Assembly (NCBI GenBank): GCA_044892525.1
Contig: CM097885.1
Location: 6,698,001-6,762,000, forward strand
Direction of reading: 5' to 3'
DNA length: 64,000 bases
DNA from: Schmidtea polychroa
Lineage: Eukaryota
The notes beneath the pieces are model-generated. The model did not search any database, was not told the origin of the DNA, and saw nothing but the letters and a program-made list of their open reading frames with translations. Shown here in pieces: positions 35,538 through 47,226 of the stretch; position 1 is the stretch's first letter, and each line of letters starts with the position of its first letter. The position numbers were made by a program, and so were the translations under genes.

Positions 35538-38486
35538 TCACCGATTTTGTGGTTCTTTCCGAACTAATACTTTCTCCCCCACCGTGAAACATCGATTCGT
35601 TCTCTTCTCTGTTTTTATCTCTTTCATTCGTTTAGCTGCTTTCTCACTGTTCTCTCTTACCAATCTATGTATCTCAACTGTATCCAATGTCGTCTGAGGC
35701 AATGTTGAATGAAGGTTAATCTTCCTCCCAAAAACAATTTCAAATGGAGAAAATCCCGTCGCGCTCTGTTGTGTCACGTTGATACAAAATTCTACTCGAG
35801 GAAGTAACTCCGCCCAATTTCGCTCTCCTAGTCCACCTGCTAATGATGTCGCCAGCAAGTCTCTGACTGTCCGTATTGTTCTCTCAACTAAACCGTTAGA
35901 TTGATGCTGATATGGTGAACTGAACTGTTGCGTAATACCCAGTCTTCCTAGATTTGTTTTCATAAAACCACTATCGAAGTTCTTCCCTCTGTCTGACAGA
36001 CAATTTCGCGGTTTTCCGAAACGGTATATCCACTTCTCCAATATGGCTTTGAAAATCGATCTCTCGTCTTGTCTCTCCAGTGCGGTCAGACTGACCATTT
36101 TGCTAAAACGATCAATGATAACTAGCATATACTTGTACACTCCACCATTCTTCATGTGTGCTATATCAATGACCAACTGTTCTAAAAATTCTGAACTTAT
36201 AATCGGCAACAATCGTTCCTTTGTCTTCTCCTGCACTATTTTCCTTCTGCAGCATATCTCACATACTCTCAAACAGTTTTGTATAGTTTCTTGCATGTTT
36301 GGCCAAAAAAATATGTTGCTCATATAGCTAATTAATTTCTTTACTCCAATGTGACACATTTCAGTATGTATTCCTTTAACTAACGTATTTGAGTAGTCTA
36401 TCGGCACCAGGATGACATCTTTACCATTCTTCTCTAATAATAAAAACCCATCTTCTAATTTTATGTTGTTATGCAAATTGAAAGGAAATTTCTTTTTATT
36501 CAAGTCATCTTTTTTCTCTTCTCCCTGTAACACTCTTGTCATGTGAATGAAATCCACATCATCTTGTTGCTTTTCTAAGAGTTTTGTCATCGACTCAGTC
36601 TTCTGTAATGAGCTGATATGTCTTACTCTGGCTTTTTCTTCTTTTGCGTCTTCATGTCTAGTCTGGCATTGTGCACATAACATCCCTTTAATCCTTGATA
36701 TTCCGTCCGCATTTCCATGTTCCTCTCCTTTCCTATATTGAAGATCGAAATCATATCCTGAAAGGTTGGCTAGCCAGGTTTGAAATTGCGGGCTTATCGG
36801 TTTTTTTGTGTATCTCATGAAAACCAACGCCTTGTGATCCGTTCGTACTACAAATGACTTTCCGTATAGATATTGTTTAAAATACATTACATATTCGTGT
36901 ATAGCAAGTAACTCCTTCCTAGTCACACAATAACCTTTTTCATGGGCGGTCAAGTGTCTCGACCCATATGCAATTACCACTTCAGTACCATCTTCTTTAG
37001 CTTGACATAAAACTGCTCCGATGGCCCCAAAACTAGCGTCTGTATCCAGAATAAAGTTTCTATCCATTCTTGGGAAATCTAGAATTGGAGCTTCACACAA
37101 CTTTGTTTTAAGTAATTCAAAACTATTGTTGCAATCTTCTGACCAATTAATCTTTTTCTCACAGCCGGACGTAGCTGCATGTAGAGGTTCCGCAATTTTC
37201 GCATAGTCTTTTATAAACTTCCTATAGTAATTGGTCATACCTAAAAAGGATCTTAATTGTTTGGCGCATACTGGTATTTCTGCATCTTGGATCTCTTTAA
37301 TCTTCTTGTCGTTCGTTTTTATCCCACTTGCACTTACAGTGTGCCCTAGGAATGTCAATTCCTCTTTATACAGATTACATTTTTCTGGGTTAATTCTCAA
37401 CCCCGCTAGTTGAATTCTTCTGAATACTTCCTCTAATCGGTTATTGTGTTCCTCTATGTCTTTTCCATAGACAAGAATGTCGTCCAGGTAGACAACAACA
37501 CCCTTAAATAATATTCCATCCAACATTGAGTGCATCATTCTTTGAAACGTTGCAGGGGCGGTTGCTAGTCCAAAAGGAAGTCGGTTAAAACAAAACTGTC
37601 CTTGCCTTGTACTGAAAGCCGTGACCTCTTGAATTTCCTTCGCCATTCCAACTTGATAATATGCTTGACCTAGATCGATGGATGTGAAATATTTTGAATC
37701 TGCCAGACAATCCAGTAGAAATCGTGTATCTGGCATTGGAAAAGATATCTTTTCAGTGATTGCATTCAACCCTCTATAGTCGACACACATCCTTATTGAT
37801 CCATCTTTCTTAGCCACAATCACTAGTGGCGCGTTCCATGCACTTTTGCATTTTCTAATAACTCTCGCTTCTAATAAGTTTGTGACAAGTTCGTCAAGCT
37901 TTTGTTCTAAATGCATTGGTTGTCTTCTTGGCTGTAACATTACAGGCCCACCTACTATATTCATTTCATGTTGAACAACTTTCGTAAACCCGAGATCAAA
38001 AGTTGAAGCCATAAAAATACCTTTGAACTTCCGTAGCAATATGTCTAACTGTTCATTCTTCCTGCCTCCAAGCATTAATAATGCTTTCTCTTCTCGTTGT
38101 GAGTCCACATATGTCCTCCCTACTTGTGACGCTTCAATATTGTCTACCTCTACCAGTTGAATACCAAATCTCTCCATTGTATCTACACCCCCAATGAAAT
38201 CTGGACGTATATCTTTGACAACTATAACATTAATAATTCTTTTTTTCCCATTCCAATCAGCTTCTATCGTCATTGCTCCTAACGGTCTTTCCATTCCCGT
38301 CGAAAATACTCCACAAAGAGAAATTGTGCTCTGCTTCAACCTCGGTTTCCCGATCTTTGTCCAACTTTTTTCACTCATAACTGATACTGACGCTCCAGAG
38401 TCCCAAAGCATGTCAATCGCCGTCATGTTTATTACAATCTTACTCCACTTTCTTTTGTCTTTCGTCTCATACATCTTCTGCATCAT
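35538..38486 (-). CDS. Gypsy Pol (protease, RT, RNase H, integrase)
   Basis: LWDSGAS, RMCVDYRGLN, LPFGL..AP, YLDD, LDTDAS, SDRG..F, GLVER. The C-terminal YEGPF tail (to ~35405) is out of frame by one base. Confidence 0.95.
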   Translation of the reverse strand: MMQKMYETKDKRKWSKIVINMTAIDMLWDSGASVSVMSEKSWTKIGKPRLKQSTISLCGVFSTGMERPLGAMTIEADWNGKKRIINVIVVKDIRPDFIGGVDTMERFGIQLVEVDNIEASQVGRTYVDSQREEKALLMLGGRKNEQLDILLRKFKGIFMASTFDLGFTKVVQHEMNIVGGPVMLQPRRQPMHLEQKLDELVTNLLEARVIRKCKSAWNAPLVIVAKKDGSIRMCVDYRGLNAITEKISFPMPDTRFLLDCLADSKYFTSIDLGQAYYQVGMAKEIQEVTAFSTRQGQFCFNRLPFGLATAPATFQRMMHSMLDGILFKGVVVYLDDILVYGKDIEEHNNRLEEVFRRIQLAGLRINPEKCNLYKEELTFLGHTVSASGIKTNDKKIKEIQDAEIPVCAKQLRSFLGMTNYYRKFIKDYAKIAEPLHAATSGCEKKINWSEDCNNSFELLKTKLCEAPILDFPRMDRNFILDTDASFGAIGAVLCQAKEDGTEVVIAYGSRHLTAHEKGYCVTRKELLAIHEYVMYFKQYLYGKSFVVRTDHKALVFMRYTKKPISPQFQTWLANLSGYDFDLQYRKGEEHGNADGISRIKGMLCAQCQTRHEDAKEEKARVRHISSLQKTESMTKLLEKQQDDVDFIHMTRVLQGEEKKDDLNKKKFPFNLHNNIKLEDGFLLLEKNGKDVILVPIDYSNTLVKGIHTEMCHIGVKKLISYMSNIFFWPNMQETIQNCLRVCEICCRRKIVQEKTKERLLPIISSEFLEQLVIDIAHMKNGGVYKYMLVIIDRFSKMVSLTALERQDERSIFKAILEKWIYRFGKPRNCLSDRGKNFDSGFMKTNLGRLGITQQFSSPYQHQSNGLVERTIRTVRDLLATSLAGGLGERNWAELLPRVEFCINVTQQSATGFSPFEIVFGRKINLHSTLPQTTLDTVEIHRLVRENSEKAAKRMKEIKTEKRTNRCFTVGEKVLVRKEPQNR

Positions 38487-38512
38487 GTCTTCATTTCGCT
38501 TCTTTTTACTGA

Positions 38513-39760
38513 TTATTGTGTCGACCCCACTGACGAAATGAAAGCAATGGGATCGTCCTTGTTTTTTGGTTTATCCATTGATTTTTTTATCGTTTCTTCG
38601 TAATTACTGTATAAATCTTCTGTTAAATCATCATTATTTCTTTCGTGATCTTCTTCGTAAATACATGCCACTCTCTTCTGATATCCATTTCTATTTTTAA
38701 GCAAAAAACAATCTCTGAATCCATGACCTTCTTTTCCACAGATTAGACATTTGTCTTTCATAGGACATTCAAAACGCCGGTGTCCTTTTTCTCCACAACA
38801 AAAACACTGACCTGGTGTCAGTTTCACTGGATGAGGCGAATCTCTTCCTTTGCTGTCATTAAATAACCTTCTTGCAATATCTTTAAGCGATACTGTAGGT
38901 ATTCTTCTCTCTGGTTCTCCTGTCTGATATCGTCCTCTATACCGCTCATTTTCATTCTTGTCTTCATTTACAATTGGTACAAACCGACCATTACCAGGTC
39001 TATTCCTCTCATGATTAATCTCTCGGTGTTCGTCACGTTGATGTGCAGTTGTCTTCACAATTGTTCTTTGGTCTAGTCTACCCTCGAATTTACCATTTTT
39101 CATCACTGATGCGTAAGAGTCTCTTCTTATGGCATCAATATTGAATTTATTGTCATTCGTCATCTCGATCTTCTCCTGAATTTTTGCCATATCCCTGGCA
39201 TCTTCAAAACTTGTCACTTTCCCTGATAAGAATATTTCTTTTACTCTATCGTCTTTTGCTCTATTTGAGATAATGTCTCGAACAATCTGTTCATCAGACA
39301 TTCCAGAGCTAAATACACTTTTAACTAAACTTCTTACTCGTATTTCGAAGACTTGGAATCTTTCATCTCTCTCTTGCTGAATTTGAGCTAGTTCCACAAT
39401 CTTATTAGTAATGGTTTTCCTTACTGTAAAAGTTTCTATAAACCACTCTTTTGCCATTTCATCGGTCATCTTCGCTATTTTCGCCGCTTCCCATAACATC
39501 GATGCCGCATCTGTCAACAAAAGATCCAATGCGTCTACTAGACTTTGATCTTCTATTCTCAGCCATTCCATAATATCCTTTAGCCAAAGTTCGGCTTCAG
39601 ATCCAACTTTTCCGTCAAACTTTCTTACATTAAAATTTAGCATCTCACGTGCTTGTTTTGACAAGGAATCTAACATATTCTTAGTTCCTTTCTTTTTTCC
39701 TATCGCATTGATTTCCTTGGCGTGGTCGCCAGTTATGATGTCTTCAACTTCTGAATTCAT
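38513..39760 (-). CDS. Gypsy Gag with two CCHC zinc knuckles
   Basis: KFDG..W, CFCCGEKGHRRFEC, CLICGKEGHGFRDC. Confidence 0.93.
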   Translation of the reverse strand: MNSEVEDIITGDHAKEINAIGKKKGTKNMLDSLSKQAREMLNFNVRKFDGKVGSEAELWLKDIMEWLRIEDQSLVDALDLLLTDAASMLWEAAKIAKMTDEMAKEWFIETFTVRKTITNKIVELAQIQQERDERFQVFEIRVRSLVKSVFSSGMSDEQIVRDIISNRAKDDRVKEIFLSGKVTSFEDARDMAKIQEKIEMTNDNKFNIDAIRRDSYASVMKNGKFEGRLDQRTIVKTTAHQRDEHREINHERNRPGNGRFVPIVNEDKNENERYRGRYQTGEPERRIPTVSLKDIARRLFNDSKGRDSPHPVKLTPGQCFCCGEKGHRRFECPMKDKCLICGKEGHGFRDCFLLKNRNGYQKRVACIYEEDHERNNDDLTEDLYSNYEETIKKSMDKPKNKDDPIAFISSVGSTQ

Positions 39761-39848
39761 AAAATCAATAAATCAATAATAATTAAAAATATATTTTCCA
39801 AAAACACGCTAAAACGAATATTATTTAAACAAACAACTTTACATAACT
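39731..39848 (-). repeat. 5' LTR
   Basis: Identical to 35277-35394, followed by the PBS. Confidence 0.95.
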
Positions 39849-40022
39849 CTTACATTGTAAATTTTCATTTCGATTTATTGACACATTGACATAATTTTTC
39901 TCTTTATTCGTATTACCTAAATTATTAATTAATTAAATCAATAAATTAAAAATTATGTTTACTTTTTCTTTTCAAATTTCCTTTAATCTTCGATTTTAAA
40001 TTGTCTTCATTAATATTATTTC

Positions 40023-40028
<6 letters not shown>

Positions 40029-40092
<64 letters not shown>
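40029..40092. repeat. (TA)n microsatellite
   Basis: Directly visible. Confidence 0.95.
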
Positions 40093-40093
<1 letters not shown>

Positions 40094-40515
40094 TAATATC
40101 ATAATATATATATCATAATATCATGTGTCTATTGCACTTTAGAAGATAAACTTTGAAATGGTAAAGGTACTCGTTATAAAAGAGGAATTATAAGTCATTA
40201 TTAACTCGGATTTCGAATAGTTTATATAAATCACTGATTTCTTTTCAATTGCCATTGGAATTAGTAAAAAGCTTGACTATAAATCGATATATCGATGTTT
40301 TTTGATATATTCTACCGGTCCATAGTCAAGCTTTTTAATATATATATATATATAGCGCGTCGGACTCACGTATTTTCGGCAGTCTTTTTCATATATAGTT
40401 TAAAAGAATTAAGGAAATGTCCTAAACAAATTGCTGTAAGTTATTTTGTCATTTTATTGTTTATTATTATTATTAATTTCTGTCTCCTTATTTTTTATTA
40501 TTTTTTATCGTTTAG

Positions 40516-43150
40516 CTCAAGCAAAAGAAAAATGATAAAATAAAAAAGCAAAACGAAATCAACCAAATTGAACTAGAAATTAAAGAAAAGGAAGAAGAAA
40601 ACGAGACATTACAGACAATAATAGAGAGATTTAATGTAAATTTCTATGAAAATTAAATAAAAAAAATCAAATAAATGATTTTTTAACAACTAGATCGAGA
40701 TCCAAAACATTCAAGAGGAATTAGAACGTAGATTAGAAAAGAAGTATACTGATGAAATCCGAAATCACAAAATAAAATTGACAAAACTAGAAAATGACCT
40801 AGATTAAGCAAATTCAGAAAATTCAGACATACAAATTGCTGTAAGTTATTTTGTCATTTTATTGTTTTTGCTTATATTTTATTTTTATTCAATTTTTTTT
40901 TAGCTAGTAAAGTCGAAAAAAATGAAGAATATTATCGATTGGGACTGACTACAAAAATTTCTGAAATGGAGGAATTGAAATCAAAGATTCAAAATGAAAA
41001 TGACCATTTAAAAAACCAGTTAACAACACAAACCAATCGCAGAACGAAGTGAGTGAAATTTAGTTAAATTTAGTTAAAATTTAGTTAATAGGTTAAAAAA
41101 TTAGATAAATAAGAGGTAGATAAAAAATAAAAAGATAAGAGATAGGTAGATAAATAAAAAGTTTAAATAAATATCAAAAATAAATAAAATAATGAGGCTC
41201 GGTAAGTAGTATTTGCTATTCTAACTTTTTTTTGATAATTCGAATGAAAATGAATTGTAATTACGTAATGATCTTTATTTAAAGCGTTAGCATCTTTGAA
41301 TATTAAGTATGTTTTATAATGCGGGTTTTTTTGTTTTCTCTGTTATAGCTTGCTTCTTGTTGTTGTTATTAACATTTTAATTTACTTTTATTTATGCAGC
41401 TTTTCTGATTCATTCTTTTGATTTCATTATGATTTTCAAATTCTTAATTTTTTCAATTTCTTAAAATATATATATATATATATATATATCGATATTTTTG
41501 GTATTCACGTATTTTCGGATGTCTTTTTCATATATAGTTTAAAAGAATTAAGGAAATGACCTAAACAAATTGCTGTAAGTTATTTTGTCATTTTATTGTT
41601 TATTATTATTATTAATTTTTTTAATTTGTTACCCCTGATCTGGATGGCCCACTACCACCTACTGATATCAATGGTAATTTACTTTTCACCTATTATATTA
41701 TTTTACTATTATATAAAGAGCAATTTCATTTAGCTCATGCCACTTAAAGGATAAAAAAATATTCGAAAAAGAAGTCAATGAGTTACTACCAAAAATAAAA
41801 GATATGGAAGAGGAAGGGGAAACATTTCGCATGGTAAAAGTGACAGTAAATGTAAATTTCTATCATTTCCTGATGGTATTTTAAATGATATTTTAACCAC
41901 CAGGCGGAGATCAAAAACATTAGGAACAGAATGAAAAGAAAATTAGAATTGAAGTATGACAAAGAAATTGAAAAGCTAAAAATCCAAAGTTTACAACTAA
42001 AAACTGAGAAATCCGGACTCGAGAATGAGCTGGACATTTTGGAGCTTCAAAAATTAAACGCAGAAAATGCTGTAAGTTGTTATTATTTTGTCAGTTTCTA
42101 TTATTTTCTGATGGTATTTCAATTGATTTTTTAACCACCAGGCGGAGATTAAAAACATTAGGAACAGTATGAAAAAAAAAATTAGAATTGAAGTATATAA
42201 TTAGAAGAAATGAAGAAACAGCTGGAGCAAGATGTAAAAATAATGGAAGAAGAAAATTATATGAATGAGATTTTAATAGATAGATTTAAGGTAAATTTCT
42301 ATACAAATTAAATTAAATAAATGATTTTTTAATCACTAGGATGAGATCGAAGACATTCAACAAAAATTGCAAAATCAAATAGAAACAAAGTATTTGAAGG
42401 AATTTGAAGAAAAACAAACCAGCAGTCTCTTTCAACGTTAACAATAAAAACCGTTTTGAGTAGCCATTCTTCACCAGTAATTCAACTTATTTATCTACAC
42501 TTTTTACTGAATTTTTAAAAGTGGAAGATAAGCACCATGATCTATAAACCAATCCTTTCACCGTGTTTCTTTTATATTTAAATTCACAAAAACTCTCTGG
42601 GGTAATATAGAGGCCAGCTTTAGCAGAGCGTCAAAATTCAAACATAGAAATTGCTGTAAGTTATTTTGTCATTTTATTATTATTATTAATTTTTTTTAAT
42701 TTGTTACCCATGATCTGGATGGCCCACTACCACCTACTGATATCAATGGTAATTTACTTTTCACCTATTATATTATATTACTATTATATAAAGAGCAATT
42801 TCATTTAGCTCATGCCACTTAAAGGATAAAAAAATATTCGAAAAAGAAGTCAATGAGTTACTACCAAAAATAAAAGATCTGGAAGAGGAAGGGGAAACAT
42901 TTCGCATGGTAAAAGTGACAGTAAATGTAAATTTCTATCATTTCCTGATGGTATTTTAAATGATTTTTTAACCACCAGGCGGACATCAAAAACATTAGGA
43001 ACAGTATGAAAAGAAAATTAGAATTGAAGTATGACAAAGAAATTGAAAAGCTAAAAATGCAATGTTTACAACTAAAAACTGAGAAATCCGGACTCGAGAA
43101 TGAGCTGGACATTTTGGAGCTTCAAAAATTAAACGCAGAAAATGCTGTAA
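40516..43150 (+). pseudogene. Repeated coiled-coil exons with ~50-nt introns (degenerate, internally duplicated gene)
   Basis: E/K/L-rich exons bounded by GTAA..AG. 41567-42090 is duplicated at 42648-43165. Several in-frame stops. Confidence 0.45.
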
Positions 43151-44749
43151 GTTGTTATTATTTTGTCATTTTATTGTTTATTATTATTATTAATTTTTTT
43201 AAATTTAAAATAAATCCAGTTAAATGCACACAGTAATCTGATTTTTCTAAAAAATCCTACTGTCAATTGAGTTAACTAGGAGACCCGTAGCAGATGGTTT
43301 ACACTATGCGTACCGCGCATCAAGCCTAAAGATTAGATTTGCCTAAATTATTACTAATGCAATTAATCAAATTGAGTAAATTCAGTTAGGCTCTACATTT
43401 TGGTGATTTCATTGATTTCTTATTTAGTGTTGCTTTTTGGCCTTCTGTTTATAATGAGAATTGTTTCTTTGAATATGACTTTTTCTTCTGGATGTTACCA
43501 TTGACTATTATTTTAATTGAAATATTTTTTCTTTCGTTTGTTGGTTGGAGATGTCTGTTCATTGAGGATTTCCCACAAGGATCTAGATGTTCTTTAACTC
43601 TTTGGTGCAAGGTCCTGAGTGTACTTCCAATGTATATTTCCTTACATATATTGCACGTGATTGTGTTGTTTGCCAGAGCTTTTCTCAATGTCCAAGATTT
43701 ATGTGCTATCCGAATTGGAAGACCGGTGCGTTTAAGTTCTTTCAGGATCTTGAAGTCGAGTTTGTCACTGATGAATGGGATATTAAGATAGAAATATTTC
43801 TTCTTCTTTTGTGTTAATTCCCTAGATCTTTTTGGGGTAGAATTCATTCTTTCAATGTCTTCATCTTGGTATCCGTTTCTGTGTAAGATTTTATTGAAAT
43901 TTGGTTGCTGTTTGAAGTTCTCGTTTTCTTCAGTGCATCATTGGCTATTCTTTGTTTCTCGTTTTTTATGACATGAACTTTTTGTAAGTATGGAAGCGCT
44001 GATCTTTGGTGCATAAATATTTCTTTGGGGGCTGGTTGTCTGTAGAACCCGTATGTTGGAGATTTTGTTTCTATTTTAATTCTTAAATCCAATAAATTGA
44101 GGGATCCATCTTCTTCCGGATATTCGATTTCATGCATGAAATATTTCCTCTGCTTCTTTTCTGCTTTTTGGTCGTGATGAAGATATCATCAACATATCTT
44201 GCATAGAAACCGATGGGTTGTATGGTCCTCAGTGTCTGTCGTTCGAGGTTATCCATAAAGATCATTGCTAGCAATCCTGATATGAGAGAACCCATTAGCT
44301 TGTTATAGGACCTTTAGCTTGTTTATATATATTTTGCTCAGTATTTTTGTTATTCATTTCCTTTATTAACAAGTTGCTTTCTCTTATTTTTTTTTATTTT
44401 TTTTAAATTTCTTTTCTAAACATTGAATAGCATCTATTGGATCGATAGATGTGTATAGTGATACGACATCAAGACTCAATTTGAATTCTATATGAGAAGT
44501 TATGTTATTTAATCTTGTCATGAGGCAGTCGCCGCTTTGAAAATGATGTGGTATCGTGTCCAATAATGGTTTCAAGATCTTTGCAAGGAGCCAACTTGTT
44601 TTAGATGTTTATCCATTTGTGTTGGACACTTTAAGTCTAATTTTGATAGCAGGACCCTCTTTGTGGATTTTAATTAGGTGGTTGAAGTTGGGAAGATCAG
44701 AATGCTTTGTGACGAAGCTGTTGGTTACTCTGTTGTTGAGCTTCATTTC

Positions 44750-46437
44750 TAGTGGCCTGCCGAACTTTGATTTGAACTTCGATTCGGACCAAAGTTCAAA
44801 CACTTCGGAAACTTCGCACTTCGGCAATAGACCCTGTACGATCCAAATAGTGAAATTTTGCTTGAGCGATAATAAATTATTATTGTTCCGTGATTATTTA
44901 TTATACTTATTATTATTTATACTTATTATAAAATTATATAGAAATAATTGTGTCATTTTTCTGTCATAAAATTGTGTCGCAGGCTTATCAGATTTAGGCT
45001 GCTACATACACACGATTCAGTTAGTGGTGGGTGCAGGATTAAAGAAGACGCAAAAGGCTGTCATTGATGCAGTTGCAACTTCCCGCAACATTGTAACCCA
45101 CTTCCGGCATTCACCATTAGCCAATGATCGACTAGAAGAGATTCAAAAATCTTTTCAGCCGGATGCTGCCGGAAACCCATATCCCGTCACACCGCCTGAT
45201 ACAAGATGTACAGACAAGGTGGAACTCCACGTTTTATATGTTGGAACGTTTGATCGAACAGAGAAAAGCAATAGCTCTTTACATCCAAAAGACAACGAAG
45301 TCACCAATCTGACAAACAATCAGTGGAACTTAATGGAAAGGGTCGTGTCGACATTGCGGCCATTTGAAGAGGAAACGTGGAATGCTAGTTTGTCAACTGC
45401 AACAAGCGGAATGATTATTCCAAGTGTGCGTGTACTTCAGGCAGTTTTGACGAGACCAGCAAAGGAGGGTGACGACCTCTGCATTCAAACAATGCGTGCT
45501 GAAATACTTGCGGATCTCAGCCGCAGGTATGCTAACGTTGAAAATGATAAGTTGTGCGTGTTATCTACTGCTTTGGATCCAGTGTACAAGCTTCGTCTCT
45601 TTAACGCGGAAACTGCTGCCACTGCAAAACAATGGCTTCTGGATGCAATGAATGCTGTAACGTCGACGGACAACTCGCGTGATGAAGTGCCAGCAGGCCC
45701 AACACCTTCCACATCATCTTCATCAGCCACATCTGCTTTGGATAGCTACTACGACGACATGCTTGGAGCTACACAATCCAACTCTACAGATTCCGGTAAT
45801 CTCCAACAACAGCTCGATGCATATTTAACGGAAGCGTGCAACCAACGACACTCGCCTCCAAAAGATCCAATAGAATATTGGAAATCAAGGCAATACACCT
45901 ATCCTCAACTTGCACTGGTCGCCAAACAATTCTGTGCTTCTCCTCCTTCCAGCGTGGATAGTGAAAGAACCTTCAGTTTGGCTGGTCTTATATGCGATGA
46001 CCGTCGATCAAACTTAACACCAGCCAAAACTGAGATGCTTCTATTTTTAATGAAAAATCTCGATGTGGTCCGTTTTGACTACTAATAAACTAATGAAGAT
46101 GTATATATTTATATAAACACATGTATTTTTTTATTTTTTCGTTTCACGTTACTTTGCTTGTTGCGAACAGATCTATGTTATATAATTTACATCCATGTTT
46201 CAAAAGACAACAAAATGAACACTTCTCAATATCTTGTATTATCACCCATTGTATAATTTTTTCAGTTTTATTGATATGATTCATTTTAATAAATCGCCGT
46301 AGGTCATTGCAGTAGGTACAGGTCCCTAAATTATTTTCACGCACCAGACATTTGATTCAACTTCGGCTTCGGCCAAATAGTAATTTAAAAATTTGAACTT
46401 CGGACTTCGGCAAAAAAGTCACTTCGGCAGGCCCTTA
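44750..46437 (+). mobile_element. Internally deleted hAT DNA transposon
   Basis: TIRs TAGTGGCCTGCCGAA / TTCGGCAGGCCCTTA. 8-bp TSD TTCATTTC (44742-44749, 46438-46445). Confidence 0.92.
45024..46085 (+). pseudogene. hAT (ZBED4-like) transposase C-terminal part with hATC dimerisation domain
   Basis: HFRHS, LRPFEE, TALDP.YK, YWK..YPQLA..PPSSVDSERTFS.AG..RRSNL. N-terminus missing, TRWNS region frameshifted. Confidence 0.88.
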
Positions 46438-47226
46438 TTCATTTCCAAAGCAATGGCTTTCCATACTTTGTTGATCGTCATTTCGATGGTGTTTGGTGAC
46501 ATGCGGCTGACTCTCTTGTATGTTTCGATGTTGCCGAAGTGTTCCTAACCAGCTTCACAGTATCAATATTTCTCTATAATGCAAAATTCTCTCCTTGTCA
46601 CTTGTTAAGTAAACGTATGGTTTCTTTTTAAGGGGTTTTAATAGTGCTCGTTCATCTTTCGTTATGTTTGAGAGTGTTGAAACCTTTGAAAGTGTTGAAT
46701 CTAATTCTGCATCAGGATTTAGTTGATAGAGTTTATCTGTGTTTATGTATACTGGGAGTTTTTCTTTGTTAATTTCATGAGGTATTGTATTGTTCCATTT
46801 GATCTGATACGCAATGCGACAAAGAGCGGTTTTGAAATTGAGGATAGCTGCTTCATCTATTTCACTGTTTATACTGAACTTTAGTCCTAGTGAAAGTATT
46901 CCTTTCTCACATTCGGAAAGACAATTTGCGAGGTCGGTTACCAAATCTTTGTTTACTCTATTCACTGTAATGCTTGTGTTTCCATCCAGGGCTTCATGGT
47001 TCGTACTAAAGCCTGCTTTGAGCTCCTTTTTTCTCAAAAGGTATTTGATTCTTTTGTCAAATCGCAAAGAATAATGTGCTTCTGCTTTCATGAAAGCTTG
47101 TCTTTGTACCTCGTAGATCAATTCTTTTGGCTGGTTATTCAAATACGTTTTCAAAATGCTTTCTTGATTCTATTGTTCCCGATGAGTTAATAAATCAATT
47201 TTTTATTGAAATGTTTTTCTAATTTT

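Larger units (their letters stand above)
35277..39848 (-). mobile_element. Ty3/Gypsy LTR retrotransposon, full length (4572 bp)
   Basis: Identical 118-bp LTRs (35277-35394, 39731-39848; AGTTATG...CATAACT), 5-bp TSD CTTAC, PBS TGGCGACCACG, PPT AAAGAAGGGGAG, gag plus pol in PR-RT-RH-IN order. Confidence 0.97.
43300..47190 (-). mobile_element. Degenerate Penelope-like retroelement (RT + GIY-YIG), interrupted by a hAT
   Basis: LSLGLKFS, SLDVVSLYTSI, MGSLISG, YARYVDDIF, LNLLDL and CNICKEIYIGST.R.LHQRVKEH, spread over frameshifted ORFs. Boundaries approximate. Confidence 0.88.
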
